DNA of 62,364 bases from an uncultured Bacilli bacterium (GTDB lineage Bacteria > Bacillota_I > Bacilli_A > RF39 > UBA660): assembly GCA_934101495.1 (NCBI GenBank), contig CAKORG010000004.1, forward strand, positions 1 through 62,364. Reading direction: 5' to 3'. The notes beneath the pieces are model-generated. The model did no database searches. It saw only the letters and a list, made by a program, of their open reading frames with translations, and was not told the DNA's origin. Positions within the stretch are counted from its first letter, which is position 1. Each line of letters begins with the position of its first letter. Of the stretch, positions 44,057 to 54,099 are shown in pieces. Both the position numbers and the translations under genes were made by a program.

Positions 44057-45564
44057 AAGAATATTTGAAAAAAGTGTATAGTAAAAGTCAAAATGAATAT
44101 TTTGAATTATTAAGTAAATTTTTGAAGAATAACGAAAAGAAATTTATTATAACTGCCAATCCTGAAACTTTGACTATGGCAGAAACAGATAAAGAAATAA
44201 GTAAAATGTTACTTGATGAAAATAACAGTGTTGTACCAGATGGCATTGCCATTGTTAAAGCTTGTAAAATGCTTAATATTCCTGTTACTGAAAGAATAGC
44301 TGGTGTTGACATTGCTGAATACTTATTAAAAGAAACATCTATTTTAAAAAAGAAAGTTTATTTATTTGGTAGTAAACAAGAAGTAATAGATGGAATGAAG
44401 AAAGTTATTGAAGAAAAATATTCAGGTATAAAATTAGTTGGAGCTACTAATGGGTACATTGAAGATAAAGATAAGGAATTTGAAAATATAAAAAAAGCTA
44501 AACCTGATGTTGTTATGGTTGCTTTAGGAATTCCTCATCAAGAAAAACTAATTTATAAGCATTTATATGAATTTGATAAAGGAATATTCATTGGAGTAGG
44601 TGGGTCTTTTGATGTATTAAGTGGTACTAAAAAAAGAGCACCAAAGTTTTTTATTAAAACTAATACCGAATGGCTATACAGAATTATGTGCGAACCTAAA
44701 AGATTAAAAAGATTTTGGAATAATAATATAAAATTTATGTTTAAAATTAGAAAGGAAAAGAAGAAAAGTATGAAAGATAATAATTCTAATAAGAAAAACA
44801 AATTGAAAAAAATTTTTTCAATAGCTTTAGGTGTTTTTGTTTTAATAGCATTGATATCGGTGGGCTATATTTATTATAAAAACGAAAAACAAGTGGCAAT
44901 ATTAGGTTATCATGGTGTACTTCCCAAAAAAATAAATACATCTGATAGTAAATTGATTGTAAATCAAGAAGATTTTGAAAAACAATTAAAATATTTAAAG
45001 AAACATGGCTATAGAAGTATGACACTAGATGAATTTAATTGTTGGAAAAATAAAAAATGTAAAAAAGCACATAGATCTGTTTTAATAACATTTGATGATG
45101 GATATATGGATAATTATCTTTATGCTTTTGAACTATTAAAAAAATATGATATGAATGCTGTTGTGTTTTATGTTGGAAAAAATATTAATTCAAATGAAGG
45201 TTACTATATGAATAAAGAAACAATAGAAAAAACAAAAGTTGAATTTCCTAATATAGAAATTGCATCTCATTCTTTTGGACTTCATGAAAATTTTGGTAAA
45301 ACATACGAAGAAGTTAATAATGATATTATGAAAATGAAAGATGTTTTGGATTCTAAATATTATGCTTATCCTCATGGTTCATTTACTGATGAATATATTT
45401 CTGCCTTGAAAGATAATGGTTATTTGTTAGCATTTACCTTTGGTCCTGGTAAAAACCATAGAAAAGCTGATATAAAAGATGATAATTATAAAATTCCAAG
45501 ATTAAATATCTCAAAAGATATGCCTATGTATAAATTTATTTTAAGGTTAATATTACCTATGTAA
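44053..45564 (+). CDS. Fusion protein: TagA/WecG (GT26) N-acetylmannosaminyltransferase domain, TM helix, NodB-type polysaccharide deacetylase domain
   Basis: An ATG at 44053 follows GGAGGAAAA. The GT26 part has ANPETLTMA, VVPDGIAIV, ERIAGVD, KPDVVMVALGIPHQE, GVGGSFDVLSG and EWLYRIMCEPKRLKRF. A TM helix follows (IFSIALGVFVLIALISVGYIYY). The NodB part has VLITFDDGYMDNY and IASHSFGLHE. Confidence 0.75.
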   Translation: MKEYLKKVYSKSQNEYFELLSKFLKNNEKKFIITANPETLTMAETDKEISKMLLDENNSVVPDGIAIVKACKMLNIPVTERIAGVDIAEYLLKETSILKKKVYLFGSKQEVIDGMKKVIEEKYSGIKLVGATNGYIEDKDKEFENIKKAKPDVVMVALGIPHQEKLIYKHLYEFDKGIFIGVGGSFDVLSGTKKRAPKFFIKTNTEWLYRIMCEPKRLKRFWNNNIKFMFKIRKEKKKSMKDNNSNKKNKLKKIFSIALGVFVLIALISVGYIYYKNEKQVAILGYHGVLPKKINTSDSKLIVNQEDFEKQLKYLKKHGYRSMTLDEFNCWKNKKCKKAHRSVLITFDDGYMDNYLYAFELLKKYDMNAVVFYVGKNINSNEGYYMNKETIEKTKVEFPNIEIASHSFGLHENFGKTYEEVNNDIMKMKDVLDSKYYAYPHGSFTDEYISALKDNGYLLAFTFGPGKNHRKADIKDDNYKIPRLNISKDMPMYKFILRLILPM

Positions 45565-45626
45565 TTATAATCCATATAGATTTTTGTATGCGTTTTATGT
45601 ATTTGAGAACTAATAAGGAGGTACAA

Positions 45627-47552
45627 ATGAATAAAATAAAAGGTTTATTTAATAAATATCGTGAAATAATAATGTATATACTTATAGGAGGGTTAACAAC
45701 ACTTGTTAGTTTGATAAGTTATTATTTATTAACATTTACTATATTAGATGCAAATAATCCATTACAACTTCAAATAGCAAATATTATTTCATGGGTTTTG
45801 TGTGTTAGTTTTGCTTTTATAACTAATAGAAAATATGTATTTAGAAGTAAAAATGCTAATATTAAAAATGAATGTGTTAGTTTTTTCTTAGCAAGAGTTT
45901 CTACTTTGGTTATAGATATGGTATCAATGGCTGTGATGGTATCAGCACTTAATATAAATGATTCTATTGCAAAAATTATAGTTCAATTTATAATTTTGAT
46001 TTTGAATTATATATTGAGTAAATTCTTCGTATTTCAAAATAATAATTTGATAGCGAGTAAATTAAATGAAAATAAATTTGTTATTTTAATGATTATGATG
46101 TTTATTTTGCTATGTTATTTATTTCCATATTCAGGTGATGATTGGGCATGGGGCACACAAATTGGAATTGATAGACTTAGTACATGGTTTGATAATTATA
46201 ATGGTAGATATGCTGGAAACTTGTTGATTTTAGTTCTAACTAGATCAAAATTGTTAAGAGTTATTGTTGAATCTTTAACATTTGTATTGATTGTTAAATA
46301 TATTTATAAAGTAAACAATACTAAAAACAAATCATATGTTCTAATTAGTGTATTGCTATTGTTGCTTATGCCCGTAACTATTTTAAGAGAATCTGTTACG
46401 TGGGCTTCTGGTTTTGCAAACTATGTTTTACCTATATTATTAATATTATTTATAATATATAAAAATATTGAGTTATTAGATAATAAACAGTCTTTTAATG
46501 ACAAAAATCCTTTAAAACTTGTATGGTATTTTATTATAAGTTTTGTTGGTTCTTTGTTTATAGAAAATATTACACTTTATAATTTGTTTTTAATAATTGT
46601 TATATTGATATATGAAAAAATCATATTTAAGAAGTTTAGTGTAGCTAATCTAGTTTATTTTATTGGTTCATTATCTGGAACTATTATGATGTTTAGTAAT
46701 AGTGTATATTTAAATATATTTAATCATAATGATGGATATAGAACAATTGCTACTGATAATATTATTATAAGTTCAGTGAAAAAATTTGTAACTGAATTAA
46801 CAGATTATATTTTTACTAATAATGTTGTTGTTGGTATAATATTATGCTTATGTAGTATTTCTATAATAATTAAATATAAAAGAAAGAATAGAAAAATTAA
46901 TATAAAGAAAAGTATATTATTAGATTTGAGCTTACTGTTTACTGCTTTATATTTATTTAATATTATTTATATAAATTTACCTTTAAATGAACACTTTTTA
47001 GGAGCGTCAATGAAATCATATTTTAATTGTGGTATTTCATTGTTAATGGTTTTATCACTAATTATAGCAAGTATAAATTGTATTGATAATAAATTTAAAT
47101 CTTGTAAGATATTATTTTATATACTTTCGATAGTAATAGTTAATCTACCATTACTTATAATCACACCAGTAGGTCCAAGACTATTTTTAACTACTTATAT
47201 TTTTTATATTTTAATTATTATTGAAATATTAGATTATCTTTTAGGTGACAAAATATCTTGCATAGATTATTTGTTAAAGATAATGATTGTTATAGCTTTT
47301 TCTTATTTAATTGCAATATACTATTCAATTCACAAAATAGATGTTATTCAAACTAATTATATTGGGAAAATGAAAGATATATCTATGAATATTGAGTTGC
47401 CTTTGATACCTCATGAAAACTATGTTCATTGTATAAATAAGACAGATGATACTTTTGGCTATAGGTATAAACTATTTCATGGTATTGATGAAAATGTAAT
47501 AATTGATTTTATAAGTTATACAGAATGGATAGAAAAAGTAAAAAATAATTAA
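45627..47552 (+). CDS. GtrA-like domain fused to a large polytopic membrane protein (candidate lipid-linked-sugar glycosyltransferase)
   Basis: An ATG at 45627 follows AAGGAGG. The N-terminal ~130 aa (YILIGGLTTLVSLISYYLL...ANIISWVLCVSFAFITNRKYVFRS...ILNYILSKFFVF) fits the GtrA family. About 12 further TM helices follow. Confidence 0.6.
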   Translation: MNKIKGLFNKYREIIMYILIGGLTTLVSLISYYLLTFTILDANNPLQLQIANIISWVLCVSFAFITNRKYVFRSKNANIKNECVSFFLARVSTLVIDMVSMAVMVSALNINDSIAKIIVQFIILILNYILSKFFVFQNNNLIASKLNENKFVILMIMMFILLCYLFPYSGDDWAWGTQIGIDRLSTWFDNYNGRYAGNLLILVLTRSKLLRVIVESLTFVLIVKYIYKVNNTKNKSYVLISVLLLLLMPVTILRESVTWASGFANYVLPILLILFIIYKNIELLDNKQSFNDKNPLKLVWYFIISFVGSLFIENITLYNLFLIIVILIYEKIIFKKFSVANLVYFIGSLSGTIMMFSNSVYLNIFNHNDGYRTIATDNIIISSVKKFVTELTDYIFTNNVVVGIILCLCSISIIIKYKRKNRKINIKKSILLDLSLLFTALYLFNIIYINLPLNEHFLGASMKSYFNCGISLLMVLSLIIASINCIDNKFKSCKILFYILSIVIVNLPLLIITPVGPRLFLTTYIFYILIIIEILDYLLGDKISCIDYLLKIMIVIAFSYLIAIYYSIHKIDVIQTNYIGKMKDISMNIELPLIPHENYVHCINKTDDTFGYRYKLFHGIDENVIIDFISYTEWIEKVKNN

Positions 47553-47634
47553 TGTTTTAATTTGTTGATGACAGATTATATTGTTTTATATATTAATTTG
47601 TTGTATAATTTTTGTAAAGAAAGTGGAGGATTAT

Positions 47635-48600
47635 ATGAAATTGTCATTAGTAATACCATGTTACAATGAAGAAAGGAATATTGAGCCATTTATTAAAAGT
47701 TGTATTGAAACGTTTGGAAAAAATAAAAAAATCGAATACATTTTTATTAATGATGGTAGCAAAGATAATACTTTTTTAGAAATAAAAAATATAATCGAAA
47801 AATATGATTCGTTAAATATTATAGGTATTAATTTTTCAAGAAATTTTGGTAAAGAAGCTGCTATGTTAGCTGGTCTAAAGAAATCAAGTGGTGAATATAC
47901 CGCTTTAATTGATGCTGATTTGCAACAACATCCTAAATATGTAAAGCAAATGCTAGAATATATTGAAGAACATAGTGAATATGATTGTATTACCTGTTAT
48001 CAAGAAAAAAGAAAAGAAGGTAAATTTATTATTTGGTTGAAGGAAAGATTTTATAGTTTGATAAATAAAATTAGTGATGTTCCGTTTTATAAAAATGCTT
48101 CAGATTTCAGGCTATTTAATCGAAAAGTTTTAAATTCTATATTAGAAATTACTGAATACTATCGTTTTTCCAAAGGAATATTTTCTTATATAGGTTTTAA
48201 CACATACTATATGCCTTATGAAGTAAATGAGAGAAAGTATGGAAAAAGTTCTTGGTCTTTGTTTGGCTTGTTTAAATATGCACTAAATGGAATTGTAGGT
48301 TTTTCTATTGCACCATTAAAGCTAGCAACTATACTTGGTTTATTTACAATGATATTGTCAGTTATATATTTAATTATTGTAATTATTAAAAAAATATTTA
48401 TTGGAATAGCAATAAGTGGATACCCAACAATAATATGCCTAATTTTGATATTTGGTGGTCTTCAAATGTTCTTATTAGGTATAATTGGTGAATATTTAGG
48501 AAGAACATATGTAGAACTTAAGAGAAGACCAATTTATATAGTTAGAGATGTGGTAACAAATGTAAATAAAAGTGAAAAAGATTGGAATAATAAAATATGA
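47635..48600 (+). CDS. GT2 polyprenyl-phosphate glycosyltransferase (GtrB/CsbB-like)
   Basis: An ATG at 47635 follows GTGGAGGA. LVIPCYNEERNI, FINDGSKDNT and LIDADLQQHP are present, plus two C-terminal TM helices. Confidence 0.8.
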   Translation: MKLSLVIPCYNEERNIEPFIKSCIETFGKNKKIEYIFINDGSKDNTFLEIKNIIEKYDSLNIIGINFSRNFGKEAAMLAGLKKSSGEYTALIDADLQQHPKYVKQMLEYIEEHSEYDCITCYQEKRKEGKFIIWLKERFYSLINKISDVPFYKNASDFRLFNRKVLNSILEITEYYRFSKGIFSYIGFNTYYMPYEVNERKYGKSSWSLFGLFKYALNGIVGFSIAPLKLATILGLFTMILSVIYLIIVIIKKIFIGIAISGYPTIICLILIFGGLQMFLLGIIGEYLGRTYVELKRRPIYIVRDVVTNVNKSEKDWNNKI

Positions 48601-49703
48601 TTAAAGTAATGAGTATATTTGGAACTAGACCAGAAGCTATAAAAATGGCATCTCTAGTAAAAGAATTAGAAAAAAGGAAAGAAATAGAAAGTATTGTTTG
48701 TGTAACTGCTCAACATAGAGAAATGCTTGATCAAGTGCTTAATACTTTTGATATTAAACCAGATTATGATTTAAATATTATGAAGCAAGGACAAAGTCTT
48801 GCAGATGTTACAACTAGAGCATTAGTTGGACTTGAAGAGATAATAAAAAAAGTTAAACCTGATATAGTTTTAGTTCATGGTGATACTACCACAACATTTG
48901 CAGGTGCTCTAGCAGCTTTTTATAATCAAGTTTCTATTGGGCATGTTGAAGCAGGACTTAGAACTTATGACAAATATTCACCATATCCAGAAGAAATGAA
49001 TAGACAAATGGTTGATAGGTTAAGTGATATGTATTTTGCTCCGACACAAATAAGTAAAGATAATTTACTTAAAGAAAATATTGATGAAAGTAAAATTTAT
49101 ATAACTGGAAATACTGCAATTGATGCAATGAGTACAACTGTTGATGAAAATTATACCCATCCAGAACTTGATTGGATAAAAGCTGGTGAAAGAATGATTT
49201 TACTTACTGCTCACAGAAGAGAAAACTTAGGCGAACCAATGCGTCATATATTTAGAGCTATTAAAAGAATAGTTGATGAATTTAATGATGTAAAAGTAAT
49301 TTACCCAATTCATATGAATCCAAAGGTAAGAGAAGTAGCAAATGAAGTATTTGGTGATGCAGATAGAGTTAAATTAATTGAACCACTTGAAGTATTTGAT
49401 TTTCATAATTTTCAAAATAAATCATATATCATTTTAACTGATAGTGGAGGAATACAAGAAGAAGCCCCAAGTTTAGGAAAACCAGTTTTAGTTTTAAGAG
49501 ATACAACAGAAAGACCTGAAGGCATAAAAGCTGGAACTTTAAAACTTGTTGGGACAGATGAAGATGTAATTTATGAAGAAACTAAAAAATTACTTCTTGA
49601 TAAAAACGAGTATGAAAAAATGAGTAAAGCCTCTAATCCTTATGGGGATGGTCATGCAAGTGAGAGAATAGTAGATGCAATAATAAAATATTTTGAAAAT
49701 TAA
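48597..49703 (+). CDS. mnaA: UDP-N-acetylglucosamine 2-epimerase (non-hydrolysing)
   Basis: KVMSIFGTRPEAIKMA, VLVHGDTTTTFAGALAAFY, GHVEAGLRT, TDSGGIQEEAPSLGKPVLVLRDTTERPEG and [12 protein letters not shown] are present. Confidence 0.93.
   Translation: MIKVMSIFGTRPEAIKMASLVKELEKRKEIESIVCVTAQHREMLDQVLNTFDIKPDYDLNIMKQGQSLADVTTRALVGLEEIIKKVKPDIVLVHGDTTTTFAGALAAFYNQVSIGHVEAGLRTYDKYSPYPEEMNRQMVDRLSDMYFAPTQISKDNLLKENIDESKIYITGNTAIDAMSTTVDENYTHPELDWIKAGERMILLTAHRRENLGEPMRHIFRAIKRIVDEFNDVKVIYPIHMNPKVREVANEVFGDADRVKLIEPLEVFDFHNFQNKSYIILTDSGGIQEEAPSLGKPVLVLRDTTERPEGIKAGTLKLVGTDEDVIYEETKKLLLDKNEYEKMSKASNPYGDGHASERIVDAIIKYFEN
49599..49703 (+). repeat. Direct repeat copy 1 (the 3' end of mnaA); copy 2 is at 54075-54179
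   Basis: My hand alignment gives about 99 of 105 identical positions. There are three mismatches in the first 96 nt (49607 c/t, 49664 g/a, 49673 a/t) and three in the last 9 nt. Similarity stops abruptly upstream of 49599/54075. Confidence 0.9.
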
Positions 49704-49784
49704 ACAATAATTCGAAGTAGTATGTATTGCTAAAAAAATTTTTTTATTGTATACTTATGCTTAGGTAAAGGAGTGAGAATTTAT

Positions 49785-51251
49785 ATGAATTCAATATGGG
49801 AAATATTTTTAAATGCAGTTGAAAATCAATCTGATAAAATAGCTGTTGCAGATCAAAATACAAAATATACATATAAAGAATTATTTGCAAAAGTAAAATT
49901 AATGACTGGTAAATTAATTAAATATCAAACTAAAAATCCTATTGTTATTTTTGCGGGAAGAAGTGTGGATACTCTTGTCCAAATTTTATCTGTTATAGGA
50001 AGTGGTAATTATTATATTCCATTAGACGCAAGTCTGCCCAAGGAAAAACTTAAAGCAATTTTTGCCGACGCTGATCCTATTGCAGTGTTAGGAAGTGAAG
50101 AAGATGAAAAATTAATAAATGAGCTTGATATTAAGGTAGATTTTTATACATGTGCACAATCTGAAAATATTGATTTTGAATTTTCTCCATTAAGTGGAAA
50201 TGATCCGTTGTATATGGTTTATACATCTGGCTCAACTGGAAAGCCAAAAGGAGTTTTAAAAAGTCATGGTGGAATGATTAGTTTTATAAAAGCTTTTAGT
50301 AGCCTTTATCCATTTACTGATGATACTATTATCGGTAATCAAGCACCATTATTTTATGACGCTGCTGCAAAAGACCTATACTTATCGTTATATAATGCTG
50401 CAACGTTAGAATTAATACCTACTGAAAAATTTATATTACCTGTAGGTTTAATTAATTATTTAAATGAGAGAAAAATAAATTGGATTTGTTGGGTACCATC
50501 AATACTTTGTTTAATTTCAAAACTTAACACTTTTTTGGAAGTAAAACCAATTTATTTAAAAAATGTTTTTTTTGTAGGTGAAGTATTTCCAATAAAACAT
50601 TTAAAAAAATGGCTTGAATATCTACCAGAAGTTAAATTTGTAAATCTTTATGGTTCATCTGAAATTGCTGGGGTTTGCTTATATTATGAAGTTACTGGTA
50701 ATTTAGATAATATAAATGTTTTACCAATGGGAAAAGCTATGCCAAATTGTGAAATTACTTTAAGAAATAATGAAAAAATAATTAAAGGTTCTAATATTAT
50801 TGGTGAAATATTTATTAGTAGTCCTGCACTAGCTCTTGGTTATTATCACGATGAAGAAAGAACATCAAAAGTTTTCTTTGAAGAAAATGGTAAAAGAATT
50901 TTTGAATCTGGTGACTTAGCACGTTATGATGAAGATGGAAATTTGTGTTTTGTTTCTCGAAAAGATTTTCAAATTAAACATATGGGAAGAAGAATAGAAC
51001 TTGGAGAAATTGAAGCAGAGTGTGATAAATTATCAGAAATAAACAGATGCTGTTGTTTATATGATGAAAAAAGAGAAATGATTACACTATTTTGTGAAAT
51101 AAATGGTGATTTAACTTCTCAAGAAATAAGAAGTCTACTTAAAAATAGATTAGCAGACTATATGATTCCTAGTAAAGTTAAAATATATGAAAAATTACCA
51201 TTAAATGCCAATGGTAAAATAAATCGCCAGGAATTAAAGAAAAGTTTATAA
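49785..51251 (+). CDS. Adenylate-forming carrier-protein ligase (DltA-like)
   Basis: An ATG at 49785 follows AAAGGAG. YMVYTSGSTGKPKGV, LYGSSE, SGDLARYDEDGNL, GRRIELGEIE and NGKINR are present. The amino-acid specificity was not determined. Confidence 0.8.
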   Translation: MNSIWEIFLNAVENQSDKIAVADQNTKYTYKELFAKVKLMTGKLIKYQTKNPIVIFAGRSVDTLVQILSVIGSGNYYIPLDASLPKEKLKAIFADADPIAVLGSEEDEKLINELDIKVDFYTCAQSENIDFEFSPLSGNDPLYMVYTSGSTGKPKGVLKSHGGMISFIKAFSSLYPFTDDTIIGNQAPLFYDAAAKDLYLSLYNAATLELIPTEKFILPVGLINYLNERKINWICWVPSILCLISKLNTFLEVKPIYLKNVFFVGEVFPIKHLKKWLEYLPEVKFVNLYGSSEIAGVCLYYEVTGNLDNINVLPMGKAMPNCEITLRNNEKIIKGSNIIGEIFISSPALALGYYHDEERTSKVFFEENGKRIFESGDLARYDEDGNLCFVSRKDFQIKHMGRRIELGEIEAECDKLSEINRCCCLYDEKREMITLFCEINGDLTSQEIRSLLKNRLADYMIPSKVKIYEKLPLNANGKINRQELKKSL

Positions 51252-51266
51252 GAAAGGAAATGAATT

Positions 51267-51497
51267 ATGGAAAAACTTATCGAAATTTTAATAGAAATTA
51301 ACCCAGACATAGATTATCAAAAGGAAACAAAGTTAATAGATGGCAAACTTTTAGACTCATTTAGTATTGTCAATTTAGTAGCAGAAATATCTGATGCATT
51401 TGATATACAAATTAGTCCTAAGTATTTAATACCTGAAAATTTTAATAGTGCAGAGGCTATGTGGAATATGATTCAAAAAATTCAAAATGAGGAATAA
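51267..51497 (+). CDS. Small carrier protein (DltC/ACP-like)
   Basis: It is 76 aa. GKLLDSFSIVNLVAEI contains the DS(F/L) phosphopantetheine-attachment context. It lies between the ligase and MBOAT genes. Confidence 0.7.
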   Translation: MEKLIEILIEINPDIDYQKETKLIDGKLLDSFSIVNLVAEISDAFDIQISPKYLIPENFNSAEAMWNMIQKIQNEE

Positions 51498-51500
51498 TAT

Positions 51501-53078
51501 ATGTCTCTGATATCTTTCAAGTTCCTTCTATTTTGTCTAGCTTTGTTAATATGTTATTTTCTACTTCCAAAAAAAGTTCAGTGGTTTGTATTACTTATAT
51601 TTAGTTTAATCTTTTATGCTTTTGCTGGAATAGAAAATTCTATTTATATATTGATTACGTCATTTTCAAGTTGGTTTAGTGCAATATGGATAGAAAAAAT
51701 AAGTTTAAAAACAAAAAATTATTTAAAAGATAAAAAAGATATTACTGCCGATGAGAAAAAAATCATCAAAGCAAGGTCAAAGGGTAGAAAAAAATTAATT
51801 TTAATTGGAACTTTATTACTCAATTTTGGAATATTATGTATATTCAAATATTCAAATTTTGCTATAGAACAATTTAATTCAATTATTGCTTTAATTGGTA
51901 AAGAAAACAAAATAAACAGTTTATCTTTAATTGTTCCTTTGGGTATATCATTTTATACCTTTCAAACCATGGGTTATCTCATAGATGTCTATTGGGATAA
52001 AAATGAAGCTTGCAAAAATCCTTTGAAATTATTGCTTTTCACATCATTTTTTCCTCAAATTACACAAGGCCCAATAAGTAATTATAATCAGTTATCTACT
52101 CAATTGTTTACTTCGCATGAATTTGATTATAATCATTGGCTTTATGGTGTACAAAGAGTGATATGGGGATTTTTTAAGAAAGTAGCAATAGCTGACTTAT
52201 TATCAAGTTATGTTAGTGATGTGTTTATAAATTATAATGAATATGCTGGAATAACTGTTTTAATAGGAATATTTATGTATAGTGTGCAAATTTATGCAGA
52301 TTTTTCTGGTTATATGGACATAGTATGTGGTTTATGTCAAATAATGGGTATTGAATTAACTGAAAATTTTGAACGTCCTTATTTTTCTAAATCTATAGCA
52401 GAATATTGGCGAAGATGGCATATAAGTTTAGGAAATTGGTTTAAGTCATACATATATTATCCTATAGCAGTTTCAAAATGGAATACGAACCTAGGAAAAA
52501 ATATTTCTCAAAAATTTGGTAAATTTGTTGGGAAAAACTTACCAGCCAGTATTGCATTAGTAGCAGTATGGCTTACTACAGGATTATGGCATGGTGCCAA
52601 TTGGGGATATATAGCATGGGGCGGATTAAATGGATTATTTATTATATTTTCAATGTGGATGGAACCGGTTTATAATTGGATTAAAACAAAGTTAAAAATT
52701 GGTGGACCAATATGGAGAGGTATTCAAGTAATAAGAACGTTTATTTTAGTGACATTTATTAAAGTACTACCTGAGGCTAATGGTCTAAAAAATGGCTTAG
52801 GTTTATGGAAAAGAATATTTACAGAACATACAATACCTACATCATTAAAAAATTTATTGCCATTTGCCAGTAAATCTGCTTTGATTATTATAGTTTTGGG
52901 TATAGTGCTAATGTTTGTAGTTAGCTTAATTCAAAGAAAAGGACCGGTTAGAGACAAGTTGAATAAGTTACCTACTATAGTGAGAGTATTTATGTTAGCT
53001 GTGCTTGTTTCAATTACAATATTAGTAACATTAAGTACTAATAACACTGGAGGAGGTTTTATGTATGCACAATTTTAA
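51501..53078 (+). CDS. MBOAT-family membrane O-acyltransferase (DltB/AlgI-like)
   Basis: The protein is polytopic. FSGYMDI, SIAEYWRRWHISLGNWFKSYIYYPI and GLWHGANWGYIAWG (conserved His) are present. At 525 aa it is closer to AlgI size than to DltB size. Confidence 0.8.
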   Translation: MSLISFKFLLFCLALLICYFLLPKKVQWFVLLIFSLIFYAFAGIENSIYILITSFSSWFSAIWIEKISLKTKNYLKDKKDITADEKKIIKARSKGRKKLILIGTLLLNFGILCIFKYSNFAIEQFNSIIALIGKENKINSLSLIVPLGISFYTFQTMGYLIDVYWDKNEACKNPLKLLLFTSFFPQITQGPISNYNQLSTQLFTSHEFDYNHWLYGVQRVIWGFFKKVAIADLLSSYVSDVFINYNEYAGITVLIGIFMYSVQIYADFSGYMDIVCGLCQIMGIELTENFERPYFSKSIAEYWRRWHISLGNWFKSYIYYPIAVSKWNTNLGKNISQKFGKFVGKNLPASIALVAVWLTTGLWHGANWGYIAWGGLNGLFIIFSMWMEPVYNWIKTKLKIGGPIWRGIQVIRTFILVTFIKVLPEANGLKNGLGLWKRIFTEHTIPTSLKNLLPFASKSALIIIVLGIVLMFVVSLIQRKGPVRDKLNKLPTIVRVFMLAVLVSITILVTLSTNNTGGGFMYAQF

Positions 53079-54099
53079 GAAAATAATTCTTCATACAGCC
53101 TTATTAATATTCTTTGTAACAATTATATTAATTTGTTCGACATTACCATATTTTTGGGGAGAAAGTTACTATTATCAAGATTATAAAGTACGTACATCAC
53201 TTAGTGGAAAACTTGATACTCTAGTTATTGGCTCATCACATGCACTTCGTTCTATAAAACCAACAGTATTAAATGAAAAATTAAATACGAAAGCATATAA
53301 TTTATCATCACCACTTATGAGTATGTATGGTAGATATGTTATGTTAGAAAAAGAAATAAATAGAAATCCAGTAAAAACAGTTTATCTTGAAATATCTTAT
53401 AATGCCTTAACATTAGATAGAAAAACTTTAGGTCTTGAAGGAGATTTATATGTTCTTGGCAGATTTGATAATGTATTTGAAAGAATAAACTTCTTTACAA
53501 ATGCGTTCACACCCGAAGAATATAGAAAAGTACTTTCAGATATAATTGTAAGATCAAAAAATTCTTTTTCTATACACAATACAATTGAACAATATAAAAC
53601 ATTTGGCTACTTATCGATGCCAAGTAATAATCAATTGTTAAGTGATGAAGTCAAAGAGAAAGTAAAAAACACAAAAGTATTAGATACTAAAATAAAAGAA
53701 GAAAGTTTAAACTATTTTGACAAAATAATTAAATTATGTAAGGAAAATGATATAAGAGTTATATTGGTTGTAACTCCAGTTACAGAAAGAATGATACTCG
53801 AATATAGTAATCTTGATGATATATTTTCTCAATATATCGATTTAGCTAAAGAATATAATTGTGAATATTACGACTTTAATTTAGATAAAAATAGAATGAA
53901 ATTATATTCTGAAGAATCATCTTTTTATGACAACACACATATGAGTGATTCTGGTGCGGAAATATTTTCTAATCGTTTAACAGAAATTATAGAAGATGTT
54001 GACCGAGGGAATAATGTATCAAATTATTTTTTGAATTCTTACACTGAACTAAAAAAATTTTATAATATTATAAAGATAAAAATGAGTATGAAAAAATGA
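53065..54099 (+). CDS. Membrane-anchored DltD/AlgX-like (SGNH-type) accessory protein
   Basis: The RBS is GGAGGAGG. An N-terminal TM helix is followed by [12 protein letters not shown] (compare the GSSE of DltD) and late [13 protein letters not shown] (a D..H-type motif). Its last 8 codons run into repeat copy 2 in a different frame. Confidence 0.55.
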   Translation: MHNFKKIILHTALLIFFVTIILICSTLPYFWGESYYYQDYKVRTSLSGKLDTLVIGSSHALRSIKPTVLNEKLNTKAYNLSSPLMSMYGRYVMLEKEINRNPVKTVYLEISYNALTLDRKTLGLEGDLYVLGRFDNVFERINFFTNAFTPEEYRKVLSDIIVRSKNSFSIHNTIEQYKTFGYLSMPSNNQLLSDEVKEKVKNTKVLDTKIKEESLNYFDKIIKLCKENDIRVILVVTPVTERMILEYSNLDDIFSQYIDLAKEYNCEYYDFNLDKNRMKLYSEESSFYDNTHMSDSGAEIFSNRLTEIIEDVDRGNNVSNYFLNSYTELKKFYNIIKIKMSMKK

